DNA of 64,000 bases from Hemiscyllium ocellatum (taxonomy: Eukaryota). The notes under the pieces are model-generated. The model was not told the DNA's origin. It worked only from the letters and a program-made list of their open reading frames with translations, and made no database searches. The stretch is taken from contig NC_083412.1 in assembly GCF_020745735.1 (NCBI RefSeq), positions 66,554,320 through 66,618,319 of the forward strand, in the 5' to 3' direction. Of this stretch, positions 22,901 to 35,435 are shown in pieces; positions within the stretch are counted from its first letter, which is position 1; each line of letters starts with the position of its first letter. The position numbers and the translations under genes are program-made.

Positions 22901-25900
22901 AATGCAGCTTAGACAAGGTAACAAGAGTTGAAGTATTAAAGTGCACAGCCCAGCTGTAGTATTTATGTACTACTTAAAAAAAAACGACACTACTAGTGTT
23001 ACAAACCTAATAAAAATAGCAGAAAACACTGAAATAACACAGTAATTATTCAACATCTGTGAAGAGACTAGGCATTTTAAGTGTGACAAATGCTTTCACG
23101 CTCCAGTTGGAGAATTTTAGTCTAGATCTCCTGTTGGAAAACTGATTGAATCAAGTATCAACCACATTTTACATCTCGTCAGTCAATGGAGAGTATTGTT
23201 GGCTTGAATCTATGTCCAGATGATCCTATTGGTTTTCCATTGGGCAAGGAATGATAAAGTTGCTAACTGTATATTTAGTTTTGTTCCTATCTAACACGCA
23301 ACTAGAATTGTTGATGAAGCACAAAGGGATGGGACTAAAGTCATGAACCATGGATCTCAGTTTCTTATTGTGTAACAGTCTGAAATTAAGTGTATAGATG
23401 GCGCAATGCAGAAGATCATTGGTTACGGTTAGTTAAGGTTTTTCCACTGTTATTCAATCCACCATTTCTCTGAAATGAAAAAATTTGCATCTTGGATTGG
23501 TCTGCTTTTAAACTAAGGCTTTGTTAGTCCCACTCCCCTTTACCATCAACTCAGTTGGTCATCTTTACCAGCCTTATGCTACCAGGAATCTGGATGTCAG
23601 CATGGCTAAGTAATTGCAACTCTTTCTTCACACTGTATACTTTATAATAGTAAAATACAGAGTGTTGCTTCTCTCTTGGTCTCCTTCCCAGACTCTTAAG
23701 TTGGAAATAAAATTAAAAACTTTAATGCTTTACTCTCAATTTAAAGTATCATTTTAACTTGATTTGAGCAAACTAAAATCACTTTGCTACATCTCCATGA
23801 ACTGACTTCGTATTCATGGATAACATAATGCAAAGAACAACAGGAAGGTTCTTCAAACTTTACCCCAGGCATATAGAAAGAAAAGTATAGCACCATCTTC
23901 ACTTATGGTAACAAAAAGAAAGGTATGAACCACAGAAAATAATGCAATTATAGGTGTTGTTTAATCATCAATGTTTATCCAATTCAAATACTACCACAAT
24001 TCTGTAATATTGTATATGTGTGCAAAATAAAATTTGTGAGTATTTTTAAGGATTATTTAATAATTGTTACCTTTCATTTTCCAGGTTGCAGTCCATGACT
24101 GCTGCATTCGTTCATTCGTGATATTACATTTGTAGGTTATGTCTGATGTTGGATTAATCTTCAACATGCTCTGAACATTGAAAAGACCATCTGGATCAGT
24201 AGCCACTTCCAAACTTGCATCTTGAGTTAAGTCATTCTCGTTATTATCTTGCCATGTTACTAACGGTTTTGGATAACCACCAAATGAAGAACAGGCAATA
24301 TAGGTAACATTGGTTGCATGGGATAGCATATTTGGGTTTTCTAATGTTACATTCTTCCAATGAGCTGAAAAGAAATAGTAATTAATTGATTCCATATTAA
24401 TACAACTTAAATTACATTTATTACCATTCATCATATTGTAATGGGAGTGAAAATCTGGACAAATGTAAAATGCTCTGCTGATTCATTATCGCACACCATA
24501 AATTGTATCACAAAGTTAAAATACCCCCAGTTCTGTGAAAGTACTTCTGTACAAAGAAATAATTGTATGCAAAATTGATATAAAGTACTATATTAACTTG
24601 CAAAAGCAAAATATCTTTCAAGTCATTTCATAGAGTGCAAGAACAACAGTCCTGTGAGCAACATTAGAACTCACGGAATGGAAGAGCCAATGGCAACATG
24701 GATTTAAAATTGGCTGACTGACAGGAAACAAAGTTTAGTGGTGATCACTTGTTTTTAGACACAGGAAATATTTATAGTGGCATTCCCCATAGATCAATGT
24801 TAGGACCCCAGCTGTTCTTGATATGTATTAATAAACCATGCCTTGACATGTAGGGCATAACTTCAAAATTTGCAGATGATACAACAGTTGGAAATATTGT
24901 GATCTCTGAGGTGGGTAGTGTAGATGGGCTATTGGAATGGACAGATAAGTGACAGATGAAATTTATTACAGAGAAGGGTGAAGTGATTCAGTTTGGGAGG
25001 AAGAGTGAAAAGAGACAGCATTAAATAAAAGGCACAGTTCTAAAGAAGCAGAGGAAAGGAGGTGAATCAAATCATTAAAGGTGACAGGAGAGATTGAGAG
25101 TATGGTTAATAATGCATGCAGCACCCAGTGCTTTATCCATGGTGGCATTGAATAGAAAAGCAAACAAGTTATTTTAGATTCGTATTAAATGCTCAAGTCG
25201 TCTCAATTGGAGTCCAGCTTGTTACATCATACTTAGGAAGGATGTAAGTCATTAAACTGTATAGAGAAAAATTCCCAGGAATGGAGGCAGGGATGAGGAA
25301 GTTAAGTTACATAGAAAAAAATGGAGTCATTAGCGCAGTTCCCTTGGGAGAATAGAAGATGGAGAAGAAATTTGTTAGAGTTATTGAAATCATGATGAGT
25401 CTTAACAGAGTAGATACAGAGAATTTGCACCAGTTAGTAGAAGGATTGAGAATCAGAAGGCATAGAATCAGTGGTTAGCACTGCTGCCTCACAATACCAG
25501 GGATCCGGGTTCAATTCCCGCCTCAAGCAACTGTCTGTGTGGAGTTTGCACAATCTCCCAGGGTGGGTTTTCTCCGGGTGCTCCAGTTTCTTCCCACAGT
25601 CCAAAGATCTGCAGGTTAGGTGAACTGGTCATGCTAAATTGCCCGTAGTGTTAGGTGCATTAGTCAGAGGGAAATGGGTCTGGGTGGGTTACTCTTCGAA
25701 GGGTCGGTGTGGACTTGTTGGGCCGAAGGGCCTGTTTCCACACTGTAGGGAATCTAATCTAATCTAAAAAATAAAGCAATAGTGATAAGAAGAAAACCTT
25801 TTTCGCAAAGTGAATGATTAAGATATGAAATGCACTGTCTGAGGACGTGGTGGAGGTGGGGTCAAATAAGGATTTCAAGCATGAACTAGATCGTTATCTG

Positions 25901-28900
25901 AAGGGGAAAGTCTTTACAGGACTATGGGAAGAAGGCAGGAAAGTGGCACTGATGAGTTGTCCTTCACAGATCCAGCATGATGCAATGGGTTGAATGGCCT
26001 TATTTTTGTGTAACTGTTGTATAACATTGTGGATAACAGAAACCAAGAAAAAAGAAGAGACTAGTTAGGAGCATTGCAAAGTTTGCTTGCAGTGATGGAT
26101 TTCAAGGAGGTTTTCAAAGTAAGATTGATAAGTGGTGAAACACAGGGTAGGGAGAGTAAATCTACCCGACATTTATTTTAATGTTTCTCATTATATTATG
26201 TACTGAAAGAATATGTAGTATTGCTAAATATAAGTAAATACGTTTTTAATACGTGTCTGGAAATCTTCAATTCTAAACAAAGTTTCATCACTGTGGAACA
26301 AGTCTGAGTCATCACTCTAGTTGAAAAAAATTACCTTTAAAATTGTTTTGAAGTATTGGGTTACCAAAGCTTAACAGTCAAATGTACTAATGATACAAAG
26401 TTTCCTCGACATTACTGTGAGCAAATTAGAATCCCTATCGTCTTTGGCTCATCAGGTTGGCACCAACCCTCTGAAGACCATTTCATATAGACCCAGCCCC
26501 CTACCCTATTCCCATATTTCCCATGGCTAATACACCTAATCTACACATCCCTGGACACAACAAGGCAATTTACTATGCCCAACCCACATAATTTGTACAT
26601 TTGTGAACTGTGGGAGGAAACCCATGCAGACATGGGGAGAATTGTGCAACCTCCACACAGACAGTCACCTCGGGCTGTAATCAAACCCAGATTTCTGGTG
26701 CTGTGAGACTGCACTGAGCCATCACATTGCCATGGTAAGAAATATAGGAACATAGGCGCAAGAATGGGCCATTCAACTTTATTAAGACTGCTATACCATT
26801 TAATAGGTCATGACTGCTCATTCACTTTGATGCCATTTACTCACACTATCTCTATATCCTTTTATGCCAATAGCATTTAGAAACCTTTAATCTCTGCTTT
26901 AAACATACTCAATGATTGAACTTCCACAGCTCTCTTGGGTAGAGACTTCAAATAATTCACAACCTTCCGTGTAAAGAAAATTCTTCTCATTTCAATCCCA
27001 AGTGGCTTCCTTACTATTTTGAAATTGTGTACTTTGGGTCTCAACAGCTTAACTAGGGGAAGCAAATCACCTGCATCTTTTCTTCTGTCTCTTTAAGCAT
27101 TTAATAGGTTTCAGTGAGATTGCCTCTCATTCTTCAACACTCAATCTCCCCAATTCTCTTCATTGGACAGTCTCATTATCCTGGGAACAAGTTTGGCAAA
27201 ACTCCCTCTACACACTCCCTCTATATGGCAATATCTTTCCTATGATAAGGAGACTGAAGCTGCAACATGTAACTCTGGTGCAATCTAACAAGGTTCTATA
27301 CAATTCAAGCAAGACTTTGTTACTTCTGTACTCAGTCTTTTAGCAGTAAAGGCTAATTTACCATTTGCCTTTTACCAATGTATAAATTGCTTGCTGCATG
27401 TCCATATAAGTTTTCAGTGATTTATTGACAAAGACAACCGGAAGTGGCAGATTCAAGCCACTACAAATGCCGGAGGAAAGATCGCAGAAGCGCTTCACGG
27501 GAGGCTCTCAAGCACTGAGGATGTCACCTAGACAGGGGGCAAAACGTCTGCAACACAAATTCCCAGCTTGGCGAACAGAACCACAACAATGAATATACTA
27601 TTGTCAAGATTGTCGAAGATACAAAGAATAGGTAGGAAGGCAAGCAGTGAAGATGAATCTACAGAGGGTAAGTGGGCAAAACCTTGGCACATAGATATAA
27701 TGCGGGAAAATGTGAGGCCATGCAATTTGACAGGAGAAGTAGAGGAGCTGAATATTGTGCAAATAGAGAAAACTATAGAAAGCTGCAGTTCAGAGGGATT
27801 TGAGTATCTTTGTACATAGATGAGTAAATTTCAGCAGATAATAGCAAAGGCAAGTAGATTGTTGCAACAGAAGGTTGTTTGTATGAGGAGAGATTGATTA
27901 GTTTGAGCTTGTAAACATTGAAGTTTAGAAAAATGAGAGACAACCTGATTGAAACATAATGACAGTTATATTAGATACTGAGAGGCTGTTTCCCACTGTG
28001 ACAGTGACTAAGACCAGATAGCAAAATCTCAAAGCAAGAGGTGGCCCAGTTAGGACAAAGATAAGGAAGACTTAAATCTCTCAGAAGGTAGTGAATGTGC
28101 AGAATTCTTTACTGAAGAAGGCTATAGATGTTGGGCCATTAAGCAATGAGGAGAAAGTGAGGACTGCAGATGCTGGAGACCAGAGTTGAAAAATGTGGTG
28201 CTGAAAAAACACAGCAGGCCAGGCAGCATCCGAGGAGCAGGAGAATCGATTCCTGGCCTGCTGTGTTTTTCCAGCACCACATTTTTCAACTCATTAAGCA
28301 ATGATCACTTTAAGCTGTGCAGTCATTTGGCCATGCAGCTGCTTTGAGGTTCTGTACACTCTAATCAGTCTGCTGTGTCAACGCAGTGATTTCTGGTTTC
28401 AGAAATCAATGTTATGCATAGATCTTGGAGACCTGTCTGTCAAAAGAGAAATGATAGGGAGTTTTATTGTTAAATATATTCAAGGATGGGATAAACAGAT
28501 TTTTAGTCAGCAAAGGAATCAAGGCTTATAGGGAACAGGCAGGAAAATGTAGATGAAGATTATCAGATCAGCCATGTTATCATTGAATGGCAGAGAAAAT
28601 ACTATGGGCTGCATAACCCCTCTATACTTTTATGTCTTGTAGTCCTTTATTCAGATAGGGAGGGGGCAGAATGAAACTACAGGCCAGTTAGCTTAACAGC
28701 TTTCATTAAAAAAAATCAGATGCTATCACTAAAAAAGTTATAACAGGGCACTTAGATATAATCATTCAGCATGGCTTTGTGGAAGGAAAATCACATTTGA
28801 TTAGTCATTTGGTGTTCTTTACATGAAGAATGTACATGTATTATGGTTGAAGTGGAACCAGTGTATCTATGTTACTTAGATTTCCAGAAGGCATTTGACA

Positions 28901-31900
28901 AAGTGTCACATTAAAGTTTGTTATGAAATATAAATGGTCATTGGGTAGGCAGTAATACATAAGCATGAATAGAAAATTAGCGGTTAACAAGAAGCAGAGA
29001 TTATGCATAAATGAGTCTTTCTCAAGTTGTAAGATGTAATGAGTGGTGTGCCAGAGGGATCAGTACTTCAATTACTTGTAAGTTATATAAATAACTTGAA
29101 TGAAAGGAGGATAATTAAGTTTATTAATAACAGGAAGCTGGATGGAATGTAAATTGTAAGAAAATATAAGCATGTCACAAAAAAGGTGTAGGTTAATTGA
29201 ATGAGTGACAATCCACCAATTGGATTGTAATATATGGAAATGTAAAATTCTCAATTTTGGCAGGAAGAATAAAAAAGAAATATATTACTTCAATTATGAG
29301 AAATTACAAAGCTCTGAGATGCAGAGATCTGGATGTCTTAGCACATGCATCACAGAAGATTGGTATGCAGGTACAGCAAGTAATCAGAGAAGATAACAAA
29401 TGTTCTAAGTTATTATGATTGATATTGATATGAAACTAGGGATATTATGCTTCAGTTGTGCAGGGTACTGATGGGGCAACATCTGGAGTACACTGTACAA
29501 TATTGGTCCCCTTTATAAGTAAGAATCTAAATACATTGGAGCAGTAGAGGGAAAGTGTACCAGCATAATAACTTGAATGGTGGCTGATCTTTTGAGGAAA
29601 GATTAGGCAGGCTATGCTTGTACCTTCAGGAGTTTCAAAGTGTCACAGGGCAGCCTGATTAAAATAAAAGGTCGTAAAATCTTGACAGGGCACCTGTGGA
29701 TAGAATGCTTTCTTTTATGTGAGAATCTAGAATTAGGAGACACTATTTGAAACTAAGGCGCTGCCTATTTAAAACGCAGATTAGATGAACATTAGATGAA
29801 CATTTTTCTCTTGGAAGGTTGTAAGTCTTTGTAACTCACTATCTAAAAAGAGGTAGAAGCAGAAACTTTGAAAAATTTGAATGCGGAGGGAGATAGATTC
29901 TTGGTAAGCAAAGGGTTGAAAGGTACAGCAGTTCAGGCAGCATCCGAGGAGCAGTAAAATCGACGTTTCGGGCAAAAGCCCTTCATTCTTGATGGGTTTC
30001 GATTTTACTGCTCCTCGGATGCTGCTTGAACTGCTGTGCTTTTCCAGCACCACTAATCCAGAATCTGATTTCCAGCATCTGCAGTCATTGTTTTTAACCA
30101 AGGGTTGAAAGATTATCAGGGATAGGAATGTGGATTTGAGGTTACAGCCAGATCAGCTATGATTCTATTAAATAGCAGAGCAGGCTCGAGGGGCCAAATG
30201 GCCTACTCCACGTTTCTGTGTATTTACACATATGTTTGGACAAATAAAACCCACACCTTCCATAGCCATCAAATCTTGGAGTGGAACTCACAGTCTAAAC
30301 TTCTGTCTCAGAAGCAAGGAAATGCCATTGCACAGCAAACACTCTGGATAGTGCTGTACTTTCACAGTGCATTAAAGTTTATAACCTTAAAAGGATTGTG
30401 AAATCTCAGGCTTAGTAAATTTGCTGACTGTTTGTTAAAAATGAAATTGATTTCCTAACTTTTTTTCTTAGTTTGTAGAGCAATAGATTAATTCTCCTCT
30501 CAGGACTCAATAGCTTGTCTACCCCTTTGGTGGAACAATGTTGATTAACTCCAGAAAAAAAAAATTAAAAGAATGAATACAGCCATAGCTCAAATAAATA
30601 ACATTAACGCCAGTTTTAATATAAAAAAAAGGAGGCTTTCAATGATGGAATTTGAGGTGAGACTTAGTTATAGAAGCTTCTTGCCCCTTTCTCTTTCTAC
30701 TAAAAAATTGGGAGATGACTCTGTTTGGATGATTAGTTTTGAATGAGCTAAAACTTTATTCTTTCTGTTCAGTTGTGACAAAACCATTTGATTTATTTGA
30801 ACTTCACCATTATTTCCAATTCATTTACTGCCCAGCCTCAATGTCAAGAACTTGCACTCTCTTCCATAAAACAAATGTGAAAAATGGTGCCTACAAGGCT
30901 AACCCCTTAACACTCACATTTCTTATCAAGTTTTTATTTTATAATTTCTCAGGATCCTTATCAGTCTCTTAGGCAGTGCATCCTAAAGTAAGACCCATAA
31001 ATCAGCATAGCCATGGCCATAAATGGAACTTATACATTCACATTAAAGTTTATTAATGGCACATATCTTTTGAGATATTTCCAATTTGATCAGTACTGAA
31101 CTGAACTATGACACCTATCAAATGAGGATATCGTTGAGATATGGATCTCAGGTGGATATTTTTGTTGTGCAATGACAGAGGGTTAATGAATAATCTTGCT
31201 CTAAAGGATACTTTAGAAAAGAGTAAACTTCATATGATGGAATTTTAGATTAAGAGTGAGAGCGAAGTAGTTCAATCAGAAATAGGTTCATCAATCGATT
31301 CAAAGGGAAATATGAAGATATATTGGGAGTCCAAAACTAGGCAGAGTTTTAAGGTGAGAGGGGTCAGATTTAAAAGAGATCGAAGGAACAACGTTTTCAT
31401 GCAGAGGGTGGTGTATCTATAGAATAAGCTGCCAGAAGAAGTGATGGAGGCTGGTACAATTACAACATTTAAAAGGCATCTGGATGGGTAAATGAATAGG
31501 AAGGGTTTAGAGGGATATTGGCCCAAATGCTGGCAGTTGGGACAAGATTAATTTAGGATAACTGGTTCCCATGGAAGAGTTGGACTGAAGGGTCTGTTTC
31601 CATGCTATATAGTTCTATGACTATATGGGAGGAGAATAATAGGGAATAAGGAAAACAAAACTAAACAAATCCTTTGAATATTTTTAAGGCAGTAATCAAT
31701 AAATTCTTGGTAAGCAAGGGGTGAAAGGTTATCACGGATAGGAATGTGGATTTGAGCTTACAATGAGATCAGCTATGATCTTATTAAATAGCAGAGCAGG
31801 CTTGAGAAACCAAATGGGTTACTCCATGTTCGTATGTATTTACATATATATTTGGGCAAATTAAATACACAATCTTACAATTTTTTAACTAGGTATTAGT

Positions 31901-34859
31901 TTCTTTGAGTTTCATGGATTGTTTCTCTTTAAAAGGCCTAGCAAGTTTAATAGGTGCATCGTATCAAATGCACCTCGCTAATTGTATGATCCACTCCTAT
32001 GTTGCTCCACTTGTCTGAATCTAGCACCATTCTATCACTCGCAATACTTAGAACAACTCATTGCTGCAAGGATATCATGCAACGGACTGACATTCTGGAG
32101 CCAGCACCATCTTTAAAAGAACTTTGAGTACCAGCCAAGTACCATAGGTCAAGAGTTGTCTTGCATGGGTTCCTGATATTTGCCTCAATATGGTAGATAA
32201 GGAAAACTGGTGTCAAGAGTGTGGTGCTGGAAAAACACAGCAAGCCAGGCAGCTGGAAAGGGACAAGGGAAACTGGTGCCCCACTTTACAGGCTATGCAA
32301 GTTATCCTACTTTATAAGGAAAAAAAGAGACAGAATATTTCTTAAATAATAAGAGACTAGAAGAGTGAGCTTTAAAGACACTTGCGTATCCTTGCTCATG
32401 AGTCTCCGAAAGTCACCATGCAAGTACATGAACAATTAACAAGACAAGTAATATGTTAGCTGAAAATGTGTTGCTGGTTAAAGCACAGCAGGTCAGGCAG
32501 CATCCAAGGAATAGGAAATTCGACATTTCGGGCATAAGCCCTTCATCAGGATGCCCTAAACGTTGAATTTCCTGTTCCTTGGATGCTGCCTAACCTGCTG
32601 TGCTTTAACCAGCAACACATTTTCAGCTGTGATCTCCAGCATCTGCAGACCTCATTTTTTTACCCGAAGTAATATGTTACCTTTCATTACATGAGGCTTT
32701 GAGTAGAGAAGTAAAATTGTTTTGCTACAAATATAGAAGGGCTTGGTGAAATCATGGTATATTGTGTCATTTTGTGAATATTGGTTTTATTAGCTACTTG
32801 CCAGAGAGTGAAACAGAAGTTAAACCATTTAAACCTGGGATTAGAAGGATTGTCCTGCGAGGAAAGATTAAATGGACTGGGCTTACATTCTCTGCAGGTT
32901 TGAAGCACGAGAAATTCTCATTCAAATATAGAAAGTTATTACAGGAATAAACAGAGTAGGTGATGGAAAACCATTTCCCCTGGCTGTGGAGTCTGCAACC
33001 AGGGGACATAATCTCAGAATATGGGCTGGCCATTTAGGACTGAGAGGTGGAGGATTATTTTCATTCAGAAGACGGTGAATCTTTGGAATTTTCTCCCTCA
33101 CTGGCTGTGGAGGCTCAATCATTGAATATATAGAATTGTGGATGTTAAACATTATGAAGTACAGGGATGGCAACTGAAAGTTGTATTAAAGTAGAAGATA
33201 AGCCAAAACCTCAGTGGATGGTGGAGTCAGTTTATGAAGCAGAATATCCAGTTCCTATTTGTTATGTCTTATACAAATGAAGTTGAGGTAAAGATCAGTG
33301 CTGGTCTAATTGAATAGTGTTGACTGATGTCCTCCCATTTCCATCTTTTTAAGTAAGTATTATTTAACAGTTTAATTTTGACATTATACTTTAAATTTAC
33401 TTCTTTAAATTCTTGTTAAGTGTTAAACATTTTCACATTGTGTTAGTTCCAAGTTGCAACTCAATTCATAGAAGACATTTTCAATGGAAAATTACATATT
33501 TCTGACCAGCCACTTGTAGCGAGACATCAGTTTCTTGTTTCCCTCCAGGCGTACTGACATAGCATTGGTACTCTCCTTCGTCATTCTTGTTAAGTTTTGA
33601 AAGCTGAAGGGATGCATTTCCCCTCATTATCTCATTCTTAAAAAGCTTTGTTCTTCCTCTGTAGTCTTCATCTTGGTTCGATAGCTGATCGCTTTCTCGA
33701 TAAAAGCTGTGAATTACAATGGTGCCAGAGTGCAAAATGCGCATCCAGTGAAGAACTACTCCACCTATAGGTGATGGTTGGAATTTACATGGCAAAATGA
33801 CTTCCTTGGAAATGATAGCCATGATGCTCCCATCTAAAAGGAAAGAGATCAAGATTTGGGTTTTTTTTGGTGAAAAGAATATGCTTGAAATTTATGATCC
33901 AAATTTCAAAAACGGATCATGTCAATTAACCATGAAGTGAATGTTCACCGGCAGTGAGCATCACAATTTAGAGGGTGCTATTGGAAAAGATTAAGATAAC
34001 AAAGGTTCTATGCCTAAACCTAGAATTATGGCATGTAAAATTGATTTTTATTATTCCAGGAAAGCATAGATAACCTCTGGTTTCCTAACTTTACTGCAAA
34101 ATTATTTTCCCAAACTTCTTTCCTCTATTTCTCCGCTTCTATATCAAAAAAAAATGCAAAGCTCTTGGATTTCTTTGTTATTAAAATTGAGATCATTCAA
34201 TTAATTGCCTAATTAATGGCTCCCTGAAACCATTTACATCTCCTCCCTGCTAAACCCTATTTAGGACATATTGTCTTGCCTGATATAGTGTGAAATGATA
34301 AGAAATCGACATATGAATGCCCTTTTGGAATAGACAGCCTGTCAGTTCCATTTAATGAAAACTAATCTTGACAAAGGTGTAGCTTCTTTTCTTTTGAAAT
34401 AAGGGTGTGACAAAATGCTAATATCTACCCTTCTAATTCCATTTTCCATAACCTTAATATTCTTCTTTTTTAAAACACGATCTAGTTCTCTATTAAAGAA
34501 TTTTATCAGAGTTGTTATTCTAACACCCCTCCAGATGTGCTAGTAACTAAAGAACAATGGATCCATGATTTTGAAACATACACTTCCCACCCTCGGTGAA
34601 TATTCAGTAAGAATTGTGGTCAAGCAGTGCTGATAATTCTAATTTTAATGCATTGTGTAAAAAGATTCTGCTATTTTCCACTTTATTACAGTAATTTCTC
34701 CTTTATTTTTATGTGTTTATAGTTAATTGAACCCTCAGTAATTTTATAGCATAAGGCAATATGTAAATATAACATATCAGAAAAAAGGTTGTCACCTGTA
34801 GTCACAGCCTGCAGTTGCAAAATTCCAAAAACATAAAAACAGACTATTCCACATAACAT
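10826..34859 (-). CDS. HHLA2: B7-family IgV-IgC-IgV type I membrane protein, HHLA2/B7-H7-like; join(34859-34796,33833-33507,24364-24071,21614-21303,10953-10826), 374 aa
   Basis: Five exons with GT/AG sites, all phase 1, total 1125 nt = 375 codons with an uninterrupted frame; V-C-V order is characteristic of HHLA2 among B7 genes. Structure is high confidence; orthology is inferred. Confidence 0.78.
11180..11560 (+). mobile_element. Second SINE family (tRNA-like head, tail shared with CR1/L2-type LINE)
   Basis: GGTGGAAATGTCACTGG...GGGTTCAAA head; central GGAAAGGAAATCTG..CCTTA..TGGTTTGGCCTA; tail CAATTAGAGATGGGCAAC...CATCCATATCCC..AATAAA; similar at 15555, 22040 and 35270. Confidence 0.7.
12800..14190 (+). 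mobile_element. Decayed CR1/L2-group LINE (distinct from HER1 type)
   Basis: RT remnants ...ALGTAK.MA...; QTWTKEMNSRREVRVSALGIKTAFD; C-terminal ...RRTWPADAWEHHKLQ. Confidence 0.8.
14205..15195 (+). mobile_element. Rex1/Babar LINE 3' fragment, split by a PLE mini-element
   Basis: KMKE..IDF, VVESFKFL, AAHQCLY, FQRVVNTAKSI, DSIYISRCLGK, RFKNS remnants. Confidence 0.8.
14311..14528 (+). mobile_element. Fold-back PLE mini-element, family A
   Basis: Inverted arms (AGAGTGGTGCTGGAAATGCTCAGCAG / CTACTGAGCATTTCCAGCACCACTCT), 3' tail extension, degenerate TSD ATTGACTTCA / ATCGATTTCA. Confidence 0.8.
15555..15865 (+). mobile_element. Second SINE family copy
   Basis: Same head, centre and tail as 11180-11560; ends CCCACATCCCGTGAGTGAATAAAA. 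Confidence 0.7.
15870..17560 (-). mobile_element. PIF/Harbinger DNA transposon remnant (HARBI1-like DDE transposase)
   Basis: VNVAAALNLL, VQGAIDYSH, FINRKG, TRAMVEQTIG motifs with frameshifts; TIRs not resolved. Confidence 0.82.
18620..19270 (+). mobile_element. CR1 LINE 3' fragment
   Basis: [35 protein letters not shown]; tail GGGCCAGATGGCGTACTCCTGCTCC..CCTATGTT. Confidence 0.9.
20726..20842 (+). mobile_element. PLE mini-element, family A
   Basis: GTGATGAAGGGCTTTTGCCCGAAACGTT; flanked by AAAAAAA(T/C)CCATTCAG duplication (20710-20725 / 20843-20858). Confidence 0.75.
21303..21614 (-). CDS. HHLA2: HHLA2-like exon: second IgV domain
   Basis: Acceptor TTTGCTTTTTAAG|, donor G|GTAAGC, 312 nt phase 1-1; ITC...IKW...LELQNVTPLNEGEYTCEIS. 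Confidence 0.88.
22040..22385 (-). mobile_element. Second SINE family copy
   Basis: Reverse complement of the 11180-11560 family. Confidence 0.65.
24071..24364 (-). CDS. HHLA2: HHLA2-like exon: IgC domain
   Basis: Acceptor TATTTCTTTTCAG|, donor G|GTAACA, 294 nt phase 1-1; IACSSFGGYPKPLVTW...DPDGLFNVQSML...YKCNITN (B7 C-domain signature GYP.P.V.W). Confidence 0.92.
24660..26000 (+). mobile_element. Decayed CR1 LINE, interrupted by a V-SINE
   Basis: SGIPHRSMLGPQLFLI, KFADDT remnants; CR1 3' tail at about 25960-26000. Confidence 0.75.
25470..25766 (+). mobile_element. HE1-like V-SINE
   Basis: B-box GGGTTCAATTCC, V-domain, (AATCT)n tail. Confidence 0.9.
26480..26735 (-). mobile_element. Degenerate HE1-like V-SINE
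   Basis: Reverse-strand V-domain CTGTGGGAGGAAACCCATGCAGACATGGGGAGA. Confidence 0.75.
26745..27435 (-). mobile_element. CR1 LINE 3' fragment
   Basis: Antisense MRRIFFTRKVVN...SLSMFKAEI and CR1 tail. Confidence 0.8.
27436..27590 (+). mobile_element. PLE terminal fragment, hammerhead family C
   Basis: AGCA-CTGAGGA-TGTCACCTAGACAGGGGGC-AAAA-CGTC-TGC (27511-27551); GCA/TGC stem I; G12 mutated. Confidence 0.65.
28150..28291 (-). mobile_element. Fold-back PLE mini-element, family A, 13-bp TSD
   Basis: TSD CATTAAGCAATGA at 28137-28149 and 28292-28304; centre palindrome GAATCGATTC; ribozyme core deleted. Confidence 0.88.
29923..30099 (+). mobile_element. Fold-back PLE mini-element, family A, 12-bp TSD
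   Basis: TSD AAGGGTTGAAAG at 29911-29922 and 30100-30111; inserted in a CR1 tail. Confidence 0.88.
31130..31840 (+). mobile_element. CR1 fragments and tails
   Basis: RFKRDRRNNVFMQRVV-type 3' end, GGGTCTGTTTCCATGCT tail, second CR1 tail at about 31690-31840. Confidence 0.75.
32459..32666 (+). mobile_element. Fold-back PLE mini-element, family A, 13-bp TSD; near-intact hammerhead core on minus strand (32518-32552)
   Basis: TSD AAGTAATATGTTA at 32446-32458 and 32667-32679; minus strand CTGATGA-A-GGGC-TTAT-GCCC-GAAA-T-GTC. Confidence 0.88.
33507..33833 (-). CDS. HHLA2: HHLA2-like exon: first IgV domain
   Basis: Acceptor TTTCCTTTTAG|, donor G|GTCAGA, 327 nt phase 1-1; VILPCKF...LHW...DQLSNQDEDYRGRTKLF....GNASLQL...DEGEYQCYV (B7 V-domain signature). 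Confidence 0.93.
34796..34859 (-). CDS. HHLA2: HHLA2-like exon: signal peptide
   Basis: ACAATG start, MLCGIVCFYVFGILQLQAVTT, donor ACAG|GTGACA phase 1; an in-frame upstream ATG at 34913 is an alternative start. Confidence 0.78.
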
Positions 34860-35435
34860 TGTTGTGCTTCTATGAGTTTTCAATAGGGTGTGTTTAAATA
34901 TATTTCCAAACATAATGTTGCGAGTAGAATCTTATGTCATTCTCAGTGAACAGGTCAGGTCATTCCTTCAGAATCATCATTCAACTGTTAAAAAAAGACA
35001 AATTATGAAAAAGATCACTGAAAAAATACTTCCATAGCACATAAGTTGCGCAATATTCAAGGACATTGTGACTGTTGATTAGTTTATCACCAGCACTCGA
35101 CCCCCACAGGAGACGTCTTCTCCAGTGTCTAGAATGAGTGGATTCTCTTTCTTTAAAGCAATGAATTCAGATATGTTATAACACACTCAAGAGTAGCTGG
35201 GGCATCAGCCCAGATCTATTCACTGGGGTCTTTTCACTTTAGAGAATGAATTTTATCTGTCATTACCTGGTTTGGCTTACAGACCAAAACAGCAATGTGA
35301 TCGACTCTTAATTGTCCTCCAGGCAAATAGGAAAGGGTAATAATTGCTGGCCTCACCAGTGATGCCCATATCCCATAAATAAATCAACAAGGTCAGGAGG
35401 GCAGGTTTAATATATGTGTGACTTAGATCAAGATA

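Larger units (their letters stand above)
27640..30230 (+). mobile_element. Several decayed CR1 fragments
   Basis: Scattered RT remnants (LDFQKAFDKVSH, WQIKFN-like, HLEY) and two CR1 tails; hosts two PLE mini-elements. Confidence 0.65.
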
